Below, in pieces: positions 27,101 through 34,459 of a DNA stretch of 64,000 bases; the stretch's first letter is position 1, and every line of letters begins with the position of its first letter. Below the pieces are notes generated by a model. It was not told the origin of the DNA, did no database searches, and worked only from the letters and a program-made list of their open reading frames with translations. A program made the translations under genes and the position numbers. This DNA is from Clostridia bacterium (GTDB lineage Bacteria > Bacillota > Clostridia > Oscillospirales > CAG-272), in assembly GCA_024405755.1 (NCBI GenBank), contig JAKSOD010000005.1, positions 3,412 to 67,411 on the forward strand. Reading direction: 5' to 3'.

Positions 27101-28726
27101 ATGAACGAACAGAATCGCCGCCGAAAGCCACGGCATTACGGCAAAGAGCGTCTGCAATATCTGATTTCCGACGTTCTTTCCGCCATGGCGGCTGCGGCAG
27201 GGAAACTGTACCGACGCCGATATACGAAGCCGATACTTCAATGTTCGTGTGCCGTGATCGGTGCGGTGCTGATACTGATGATGCTGCCGGCAGCAGTAAG
27301 GGATACCGTCCAACATACGGACGATTCCGAAATGGATGAACATACCGATCCTTTCGGAAACAATCCCGCTGCCGCCGTCTCGGCACTCGTCGTATACTCT
27401 CCCGACAACGATTGGGGAAAAACAGAGGCAGGATACTTGTGTGAGGAGCTAGAAAAAAATTTTTTCATCTCCGCAGTTTCCGTAACTGACGAAGAGTATC
27501 TTGCTTCAAAAGACAAACAATCGGACCCGGCAAATCTGACCGTGAAACTCGGATTTTTCTGTGCCGACGTAAATGAGAGTTATCTTGAATCCCTTGCCCG
27601 TATCGGTGAGAACGGTGTAGAGGTCATATCCGAAGAGTCAGATGCCGATACCCTGTCCGTTGATATCAACGCTTTCTGCGCTTCATCAGCAAGACAAGGA
27701 AGTCTGCGGCTGCTCGATTATCTCCGTGTGGAAAATGAAAAATGCAGAATTGCAGACGGTTTTTACATACTTCATTCTTCCGGCAATGGTGCAGATCTGA
27801 TCTGTATTTCTGCTGATATGAGTGCTGAAAGCGGGAAAAGCGATATCCTTGTAGTTTCTTACCCGGATGCCGAAAAAGTCTCTCTTGACGCACTCCGACT
27901 TGTTATGGATGATGACGGAACTCTTCCCGCTCTCGTGATATTTAACGGCGGACTTGACTGCGGATGTACCGACCGCGCCGGTCTTTCCTCAGTATGGAAA
28001 ACAATTGACGGATTTCTTACTTCTCTCGGAATAAAATGGGGATATACATTCTCCTCTGCGGACGAAACACTCCCCCGCAGTATGATAAATGAAGTTCTGA
28101 CTTCATTTCCCGGCTGTGTGACACGTCCCGACGCGAACGGAAGGGTCGGATCAACTATTGCCCTGATTTCAGACGGCTTTCCAATAGCTGCCGTCACAGT
28201 GGCAGATATTGCCGACACTAAAAACAAAGCCGATGCCGACGCTTTCTGCGGCTCGGTAAAAGAATGCACGGAATTGATCAAACGTGCGGGAGGTAATGTC
28301 CAATTTACAGCGGTAGTTCCCGGAATATTCCCTCTTGTCAGTGCTCTTTTTCCCGGTAATTCCGGAAAAATTGCCGGAGTTAATGTAAATTCGTCTCTTC
28401 CGTCATATATTCTGTCCTGCGGAGCCGAGATTTACGATTCTCTTCTTTCCTGCGGAATACGGTACTTTGTTTGCTCAGCCGGAACCTGTGACACGGGAGT
28501 GATATCATTTTCAAGTCCCGTAAATAATGCCGGAAACGTATCGGTGAGTGCCTCCCTTTCAGGCTCCGTTGGTTTTTCCACACCCGGACTCGGAGGAAAA
28601 TACGAACTGAACAACAGCCTGCGCGGAGCAATCAGAGTATGTTTTGAACAAAATAAGTCAGGAAACATCGGAATATCGCAAAAATACATTTTTGCCGCCG
28701 ATCCCGGCACAAACAAAAAAGATTAA
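27101..28726 (+). CDS. single-pass membrane protein of unknown function (541 aa)
   Basis: RBS GAAAGGA. Arg/Lys-rich N-terminus, TM segment AVIGAVLILMMLPAAV, and a large extracytoplasmic region with no motif I recognise. Confidence 0.8.
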   Translation: MNEQNRRRKPRHYGKERLQYLISDVLSAMAAAAGKLYRRRYTKPILQCSCAVIGAVLILMMLPAAVRDTVQHTDDSEMDEHTDPFGNNPAAAVSALVVYSPDNDWGKTEAGYLCEELEKNFFISAVSVTDEEYLASKDKQSDPANLTVKLGFFCADVNESYLESLARIGENGVEVISEESDADTLSVDINAFCASSARQGSLRLLDYLRVENEKCRIADGFYILHSSGNGADLICISADMSAESGKSDILVVSYPDAEKVSLDALRLVMDDDGTLPALVIFNGGLDCGCTDRAGLSSVWKTIDGFLTSLGIKWGYTFSSADETLPRSMINEVLTSFPGCVTRPDANGRVGSTIALISDGFPIAAVTVADIADTKNKADADAFCGSVKECTELIKRAGGNVQFTAVVPGIFPLVSALFPGNSGKIAGVNVNSSLPSYILSCGAEIYDSLLSCGIRYFVCSAGTCDTGVISFSSPVNNAGNVSVSASLSGSVGFSTPGLGGKYELNNSLRGAIRVCFEQNKSGNIGISQKYIFAADPGTNKKD

Positions 28727-28742
28727 GATTTCAAGGTAACTT

Positions 28743-29753
28743 ATGGAATACAGAACAACGGGAAAAATTCTGCGCGGTGTCGGTGGATTATACCTTATCG
28801 ACATCGCACATGATGATACACCTCTTGCGGGTTTTTGCGTTTCCTGCCGTGCCCGCGGAGCTTTGCGATCCGGCGACAACAGACCTCATACTACGGACAA
28901 GCCTCTTGTCGGAGACAACGTGGAAGTTACATATTCCGACTCCTCGTTTACCGTCACTTCGGACGGTAAGGTGACCGCGGCTGATGACACCTCGGGGTTA
29001 CCCGGAGCCGCTGTCTGCGGTATCCTGCCGAGGAAGAACGCCCTTATCCGTCCCCCGCTTGCAAACCTTGATCTTCTGTTCATATCGTGCGCTTCCGCAT
29101 CTCCCGCTCCTGCCCCCGAAACAATTGACAAACTGTTGTCTGTTGCCGAGTATTTCGGAATTGACGCCGCGGTCGTCATTGAAAAGTCCGATCTCGATCC
29201 CGAACGTGCAGCAGAAATCAAAAGGATCTACGAACTTGCAGGTTATCCCGTTTTTTCACTCTCCTGCCTCACGGGCGAAGGTATTGCGGAATTTTCCGAT
29301 TATATCAGGAAAGTGATCCCGGGGCGCACGGCGGCTTTTGCCGGTGCATCCGGAGTTGGAAAATCAAGCCTTATCACCGCCATATTCCCACATCTTGATC
29401 TTGAATCAGGCGAGATCAGCCGCAAGATTTCACGCGGCAAGCACACCACCCGTAAAGTCGAACTCTATCCGATCCCCGGCGGCGGACACCTTGCCGATAC
29501 CCCGGGATTCTCACTTATTGATTTTGAAAACTTCGACTTCTTTCCGTTTGAATCTTTGACTGACACGATGAGAGATTTTTCTCCATACCTCGGACTATGC
29601 CGCTACGACGACTGTACACACACCAAAGAGGAAGGCTGTGCCATTATCGAAGCGGTGAAAAACGGACAGATCTCCCGCTCACGTCACGACAGTTATCTCA
29701 ATATGTTCGAGGTACTTAAAAACAAACACCCCTGGGACAAACCAAAAAGGTGA
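28743..29753 (+). CDS. rsgA: ribosome small subunit-dependent GTPase A
   Basis: GASGVGKSSL, DTPGF, and the zinc knuckle CRYDDCTHTKEEGC. Confidence 0.95.
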   Translation: MEYRTTGKILRGVGGLYLIDIAHDDTPLAGFCVSCRARGALRSGDNRPHTTDKPLVGDNVEVTYSDSSFTVTSDGKVTAADDTSGLPGAAVCGILPRKNALIRPPLANLDLLFISCASASPAPAPETIDKLLSVAEYFGIDAAVVIEKSDLDPERAAEIKRIYELAGYPVFSLSCLTGEGIAEFSDYIRKVIPGRTAAFAGASGVGKSSLITAIFPHLDLESGEISRKISRGKHTTRKVELYPIPGGGHLADTPGFSLIDFENFDFFPFESLTDTMRDFSPYLGLCRYDDCTHTKEEGCAIIEAVKNGQISRSRHDSYLNMFEVLKNKHPWDKPKR

Positions 29754-29760
29754 ATACCAT

Positions 29761-30390
29761 ATGAGAGCATTTATTTATACCGGTGGGAATGTCACTCCGG
29801 AATTTTTAACCGAACACCCGAAAAATGATGACATTACAATAGCCGCAGATTCGGGATACAGAAACGCTCTCCGACTCGGTGACAAAGTTCAGGTTTTAGT
29901 CGGTGATTTTGACTCGCTCGGGGAGAAAAATATCCCCGAAGGCGTAGAATTGATACGTCTCAAACCGGAAAAGGATGTCACAGACACTCAGGTCGCAGTC
30001 GCCGCTGCCATTGACCGGGGAGCTGACGACATTATTATTATCGGAGGCGTTTCCGGCAGACTTGATCATACGATCTCAAACCTTGCGATTCTTGAAGATC
30101 TGTACCTCGGCGGCATCAATGCCGTAATAACTGACGGAATAAACCGTGTCCGCTTCTGCCGTAATTCTTCTGTACTGATAGGAAAGAGTTATTATCGTTA
30201 TCTTTCAATCATCTGTGCCGACGAGAAAGTCCGCGGAGTGAGCGCAGACGGATGCAAGTATCCATTGAAAAATGCTGTACTTGAGCGCAGGAATCAGTAC
30301 GCCATAAGCAACGAACTGAGTGGCAACTGCGCCATGATCTCAGTCAAAAAAGGCGGAATTTACATTATTGAATCACGGGATCCCGCGTGA
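29761..30390 (+). CDS. thiN: thiamine diphosphokinase
   Basis: GDFDS, KDVTD and GRLDH motifs. Synteny after rsgA. Confidence 0.92.
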   Translation: MRAFIYTGGNVTPEFLTEHPKNDDITIAADSGYRNALRLGDKVQVLVGDFDSLGEKNIPEGVELIRLKPEKDVTDTQVAVAAAIDRGADDIIIIGGVSGRLDHTISNLAILEDLYLGGINAVITDGINRVRFCRNSSVLIGKSYYRYLSIICADEKVRGVSADGCKYPLKNAVLERRNQYAISNELSGNCAMISVKKGGIYIIESRDPA

Positions 30391-30460
30391 GTGGTATCAC
30401 ACAAGCCTTACGTGTCATATACTTCTATTGGCAGTCTGAATTGCCCCGGAGGTGTATGAT

Positions 30461-30613
30461 ATGCAAACATTAAATAAAAACAGAAAAACCGTCGGTGCTC
30501 TTGCACTTTGCTTCGGCGCCGGAATCTTCCTCTCATTCATTCTTCCCGGGCATATTCTCGCCTTTATCGAGGCGGCGGCGCTTCTCTGCGCCGGCTTTAT
30601 GCTGCTGAAATAA
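30461..30613 (+). CDS. 50-aa hydrophobic micro-protein (absent from the ORF track, which stops at 60 aa)
   Basis: GGAGG lies 7 nt upstream of ATG 30461. The translation is MQTLNKNRKTVGALALCFGAGIFLSFILPGHILAFIEAAALLCAGFMLLK, with two predicted TM helices. Confidence 0.5.
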   Translation: MQTLNKNRKTVGALALCFGAGIFLSFILPGHILAFIEAAALLCAGFMLLK

Positions 30614-30633
30614 TTTTTGTCCGGGGTAATATA

Positions 30634-30723
30634 ATGAAGGTCGTCGTCGTGCGTTCGCCGGGGTTTTTAGCCCCTTTTCTGCGCAGATTTTTCGGTATCA
30701 AAAAAGTCAAAACGAAAAAATGA
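30634..30723 (+). CDS. spoVM: stage V sporulation protein M (29 aa amphipathic helix peptide)
   Basis: MKVVVVRSPGFLAPFLRRFFGIKKVKTKK aligns with B. subtilis SpoVM MKFYTIKLPKFLGGIVRAMLGSFRKD (MK, P9, FL, R17 and G21 are conserved). It sits directly after thiN, as in Bacillus. Confidence 0.8.
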   Translation: MKVVVVRSPGFLAPFLRRFFGIKKVKTKK

Positions 30724-30845
30724 CCACAGAGTGATGCAGAGTGACAGTGATCCGTCAAGTCTGTCGCCGCAGACCGGATCGAAATACTATTTTTTTCGGG
30801 CTGTCGCGTGAGCGTCGGCCCCATCTTTTTTAAGGACGTGAAAAC

Positions 30846-32774
30846 ATGATCGGAACTGAATTTTTACCAATTTGCCGCGCGGATATGGAAGCCCGCGGTT
30901 GGGATGCGCCTGATTTCGTATACGTCAGCGGTGATGCTTATGTAGATCACCCTTCCTTCGGTGCTGCAATAATCACCCGCGTGCTTGAAGCCGCAGGTTA
31001 TCGTGTCGCCATACTCCCGCAGCCGGACTGGCACAGTGCCGATGCCTTCCGTGAATTCGGACGTCCCCGTCTCGCTTTCCTTGTAAGTGCCGGAAATGTT
31101 GACTCAATGGTCGCGCACTATTCCGTGACACGTCACCGCCGCGGATATGACTACTATTCTCCCGCTGGAAAAACGGGATTCCGTCCCGACCGTGCCTGCA
31201 TTGTTTATTCAAACCGGATACGGGAAGCATACGGTGACGTCCCGATTATCCTCGGAGGACTTGAAGCATCTCTGCGCAGATTCGCCCACTACGACTATTG
31301 GGACAACAAAATGCGCCGTTCTCTCCTGCTTGACAGCCGTGCGGATCTTCTGACCTACGGAATGGGGGAAAATATTCTTCTGCGTATCGCCTCCCTTCTC
31401 TCACGAGGTGTTCCCGTAAGAAAGATTCGTGACGTACGCGGATCATGTTACATCTGCTCTGCCGCCGAAAGTGAAGTACACTATCCCGTTGCCGCAGAGT
31501 TTGATTGGGATAAACTCAAAGACGGAGGAAAACCGTATGCCGATGCATTTGCCGCCCAGTACAGAGAGCAGGATGCGATCTCCGGACGAGCCATGATCGA
31601 GCATTACGGCGACAGAATACTCGTTCAGAATCCTCCGATGCCCCCACTTGAACGTGAAGAACTCGACAGAGTGTATTCTTTACCTTATACCCGCAAACCC
31701 CATCCGATCTACGACAAAATGGGCGGGATACCCGCCATTGCCGAGGTGGAATTCTCGATAACGCACAACCGCGGCTGCTTCGGAGCATGCAATTTCTGCG
31801 CTCTTGCCTTTCATCAGGGACGTACCGTACGCTCACGAAGTGAGGAAAGCGTGCTTGCAGAGGCGCGTGAAATTGCTTCCATGCCGGATTTCAAAGGTTA
31901 TATCCACGATATAGGCGGACCTACCGCAAATTTCAGAAATCCCGCTTGCGATAAGCAGCTGAAAAGCGGAGTCTGCCCCGACCGCCGCTGCCTTGCCCCC
32001 AAACCGTGTCCGAATCTGAAAGTTGATCATTCCGAATATCTCGATCTGATAAAAAAAGTTGAAAAGATCCCCGGAGTAAAAAAAGTATTTATCCGTTCTG
32101 GCATACGCTTTGATTATCTGCTGCTTGATAAAAACGATGACTTTTTCCGTAAACTCGTCCGAGATAACGTAAGCGGACAGTTGAAAGTCGCACCGGAACA
32201 TTGCTCGTCGGCTGTACTCTGTCATATGGGTAAACCGGATTTCTCCGTCTACCGAAAGTTCAAGGAAAAGTACTTTCGTCTAAGTGCAGAATGCGGGAAG
32301 GAACAATATCTCGTACCGTACCTGATGTCAAGTCATCCCGGTTCAACACTTAAAGATGCTGTCGAACTTGCTGTTTATCTGAAACAAGAAAATCTTTCTC
32401 CCGAACAGGTTCAGGACTTTTATCCTACTCCCGGCACGGCATCTACCGTAATGTTCGCCACCGGTATCGATCCATTTACCGGAAAAAGTGTATACGTCGC
32501 TACTGACCCACACGAGAAAAAATGGCAGCGTGCCCTGCTTCAATCCGGTAAACCCGAGAATGCCGCTCTCGTACGAGAAGCACTCACCGCTGCAGGACGG
32601 ACTGACCTTATAGGAAACGGGCCGGATTGTCTTGTTCGTCCCACAACTCCGAAAGGCTCAAATTCATCAAAAAAGGATACTCTGAACACACACAACAAAA
32701 AATCCGGATCTCACCCCCCAAAAAATGCAAAAAAAGGTCCGAAAAAGATTTCGGACAGGCAAAAAAGGAAATAA
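30846..32774 (+). CDS. ygiQ: YgiQ family radical SAM protein (UPF0313)
   Basis: N-terminal DFVYVSGDAYVDHPSFG, radical SAM cluster CFGACNFC, and a Lys-rich tail. Confidence 0.9.
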   Translation: MIGTEFLPICRADMEARGWDAPDFVYVSGDAYVDHPSFGAAIITRVLEAAGYRVAILPQPDWHSADAFREFGRPRLAFLVSAGNVDSMVAHYSVTRHRRGYDYYSPAGKTGFRPDRACIVYSNRIREAYGDVPIILGGLEASLRRFAHYDYWDNKMRRSLLLDSRADLLTYGMGENILLRIASLLSRGVPVRKIRDVRGSCYICSAAESEVHYPVAAEFDWDKLKDGGKPYADAFAAQYREQDAISGRAMIEHYGDRILVQNPPMPPLEREELDRVYSLPYTRKPHPIYDKMGGIPAIAEVEFSITHNRGCFGACNFCALAFHQGRTVRSRSEESVLAEAREIASMPDFKGYIHDIGGPTANFRNPACDKQLKSGVCPDRRCLAPKPCPNLKVDHSEYLDLIKKVEKIPGVKKVFIRSGIRFDYLLLDKNDDFFRKLVRDNVSGQLKVAPEHCSSAVLCHMGKPDFSVYRKFKEKYFRLSAECGKEQYLVPYLMSSHPGSTLKDAVELAVYLKQENLSPEQVQDFYPTPGTASTVMFATGIDPFTGKSVYVATDPHEKKWQRALLQSGKPENAALVREALTAAGRTDLIGNGPDCLVRPTTPKGSNSSKKDTLNTHNKKSGSHPPKNAKKGPKKISDRQKRK

Positions 32775-32887
32775 TATAGGGGATCTATGATAATAAAAAG
32801 GGGGGGTCGGAAATAGACAGACTCAATGAAATAGAAATCCTTCATGAAGATCATTCCAAAAAGATCATTGATCTTCTTCGCAGAGCT

Positions 32888-34225
32888 TTGAGTGAAAACG
32901 CAATTCCGCTTGAACTTACGAATTACCATGACAATGATATTGCAGCGGTATTGCCCAAACTTACTCCCGACGAAAGGCGCGGTCTTTGCCGATTATTCGG
33001 CACCGAACGATTTTCAGATATTTTCGCATACGCCGATAATCCTGACGATTATATCGAGGAAATGGGCATTGAACAAGCGGCGGAGCTGCTTGAAAATATG
33101 GATGCTGACGACGCAGTCGATATTCTCGATACTATCGACGACGACCTTGAAGAGAAGATCGTCGGTCTTATGGATAACGAGAGCAGTGACGACATACGGC
33201 TGATCAGATCATATGAAGATGACGAGATCGGAAGCCGTATGACCACAAACTTCATTAGTATTCCGAGCGATCTTACCGTCAAACAGGCAATGAAAGAACT
33301 GATATCGCAAGCGGGAGAAAATGACAACATCTCGACGATTTACGTCACCTTGCCGGGAACTGAAATTTTTCTCGGTGCCATCAGCCTCAATGATCTGATA
33401 ATCGCCCGTGAAGGCACGGATCTTTCCACTCTCATAAGCACCGCTTATCCCCGTGTATATGATCACGAAACCGTCAACGACTGCCTTGAACATCTAAAAG
33501 ATTATGAGGAAGATTCCTTTCCCGTCATTGATCCGAAAGGAATTCTTCTCGGAATAATTACTTCCTCCGATCTTGTTGAAGCTATTGACGAGGAGTTGGG
33601 CGACGATTACGCCAAACTCGGAGGACTATCCGCCGAGGAGGATCTTGATGAGGGAATACTCGACAGTATGAAAAAGAGAATACCGTGGCTTATCGTGCTG
33701 CTCTTCCTCGGTATCGCAGTCTCGACCGTAGTCGGTATGTTTGAATCGGTAGCTGCCGAACTCGCCCTTATTGTCTGTTTTCAGTCCCTCGTTCTCGATA
33801 TGGCAGGAAATGTCGGAACACAGTCCCTTGCTGTTACAATACGTGTTCTTACCGACGAAAATCTCACCGGAAAGAAAAAAGCAAAACTGATTTTTAAGGA
33901 AACACGTGTCGGACTTCTCAACGGCATTATTCTCGGAACGATATCGTTTGTTCTTGTTGGAGCATATATCTCGCTTGCCAAAGGATACTCGGACAGGATG
34001 GGACAAGCATTTGCAATATCCGGCTGTGTAGGTGTCGCGCTAATTTGTGCCATGTTTGTCTCGTCCCTTGTTGGGACATCAGTTCCGCTCATCCTGAACA
34101 AACTGAAAATTGACCCCGCCGTTGCTTCCGGACCGCTTATCACCACCGTCAACGACCTTGTCGCCGTTGTTGCATACTATGGTCTTGCATGGATATTTCT
34201 GATAAATACACTTCATATTTCATAA
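32888..34225 (+). CDS. mgtE: magnesium transporter MgtE (the 5' end is uncertain; see the finding on the G7 tract)
   Basis: N-domain, CBS pair, and TM domain with GNVGTQS and PLITTVNDLV. The ORF-track start at 32888 is TTG. The frame is open back to 32780 with no canonical start codon. Confidence 0.9.
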   Translation: MSENAIPLELTNYHDNDIAAVLPKLTPDERRGLCRLFGTERFSDIFAYADNPDDYIEEMGIEQAAELLENMDADDAVDILDTIDDDLEEKIVGLMDNESSDDIRLIRSYEDDEIGSRMTTNFISIPSDLTVKQAMKELISQAGENDNISTIYVTLPGTEIFLGAISLNDLIIAREGTDLSTLISTAYPRVYDHETVNDCLEHLKDYEEDSFPVIDPKGILLGIITSSDLVEAIDEELGDDYAKLGGLSAEEDLDEGILDSMKKRIPWLIVLLFLGIAVSTVVGMFESVAAELALIVCFQSLVLDMAGNVGTQSLAVTIRVLTDENLTGKKKAKLIFKETRVGLLNGIILGTISFVLVGAYISLAKGYSDRMGQAFAISGCVGVALICAMFVSSLVGTSVPLILNKLKIDPAVASGPLITTVNDLVAVVAYYGLAWIFLINTLHIS

Positions 34226-34227
34226 AA

Positions 34228-34264
34228 GGGGCTGTAAAAAAAGTCAATACTTTTTTACAGCCCC
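34228..34264. repeat. long palindromic hairpin (GGGGCTGTAAAAAAAGT / ACTTTTTTACAGCCCC)
   Basis: About a 17-bp stem with one bulged A and a 4-nt loop, immediately after the mgtE stop. Confidence 0.7.
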
Positions 34265-34266
34265 TC

Positions 34267-34295
34267 AAAAGCAGTGGTCAGGAGCCACTGCTTTT
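34267..34295 (+). terminator. intrinsic terminator of mgtE
   Basis: GCAGTGG / CCACTGC stem, 7-nt loop, then T4. Confidence 0.65.
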
Positions 34296-34393
34296 GACGC
34301 GACATTGGCGTTTTTGCCTTGAAACAAGGATGGATTTTACTCTTTTTTCAGGGCAAAACGGCGGTGTTCAGCCGCCGAGCCAAATGTCGGCGG

Positions 34394-34435
34394 GGGGGGG
34401 TTAAAAAACTCGATAACGAGTTTTTTAACCCCCCC
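34394..34435. repeat. 19-bp perfect palindromic hairpin (G7TTA6CTCG-ATAA-CGAGT6AAC7)
   Basis: Seen directly in the sequence. It lies 25 nt 3' of the minus-strand surface-protein gene, and its 5' side sits in a G9 run. Confidence 0.8.
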
Positions 34436-34459
34436 TTATTCGAATTTCCGATCAGAGAA

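Noticed and set aside
32775-32887. An M-box (Mg2+) riboswitch upstream of mgtE.
   Set aside because: The spacer after ygiQ is only about 10-110 nt and is largely occupied by MgtE-frame coding sequence. There is no room for an M-box of about 160 nt.
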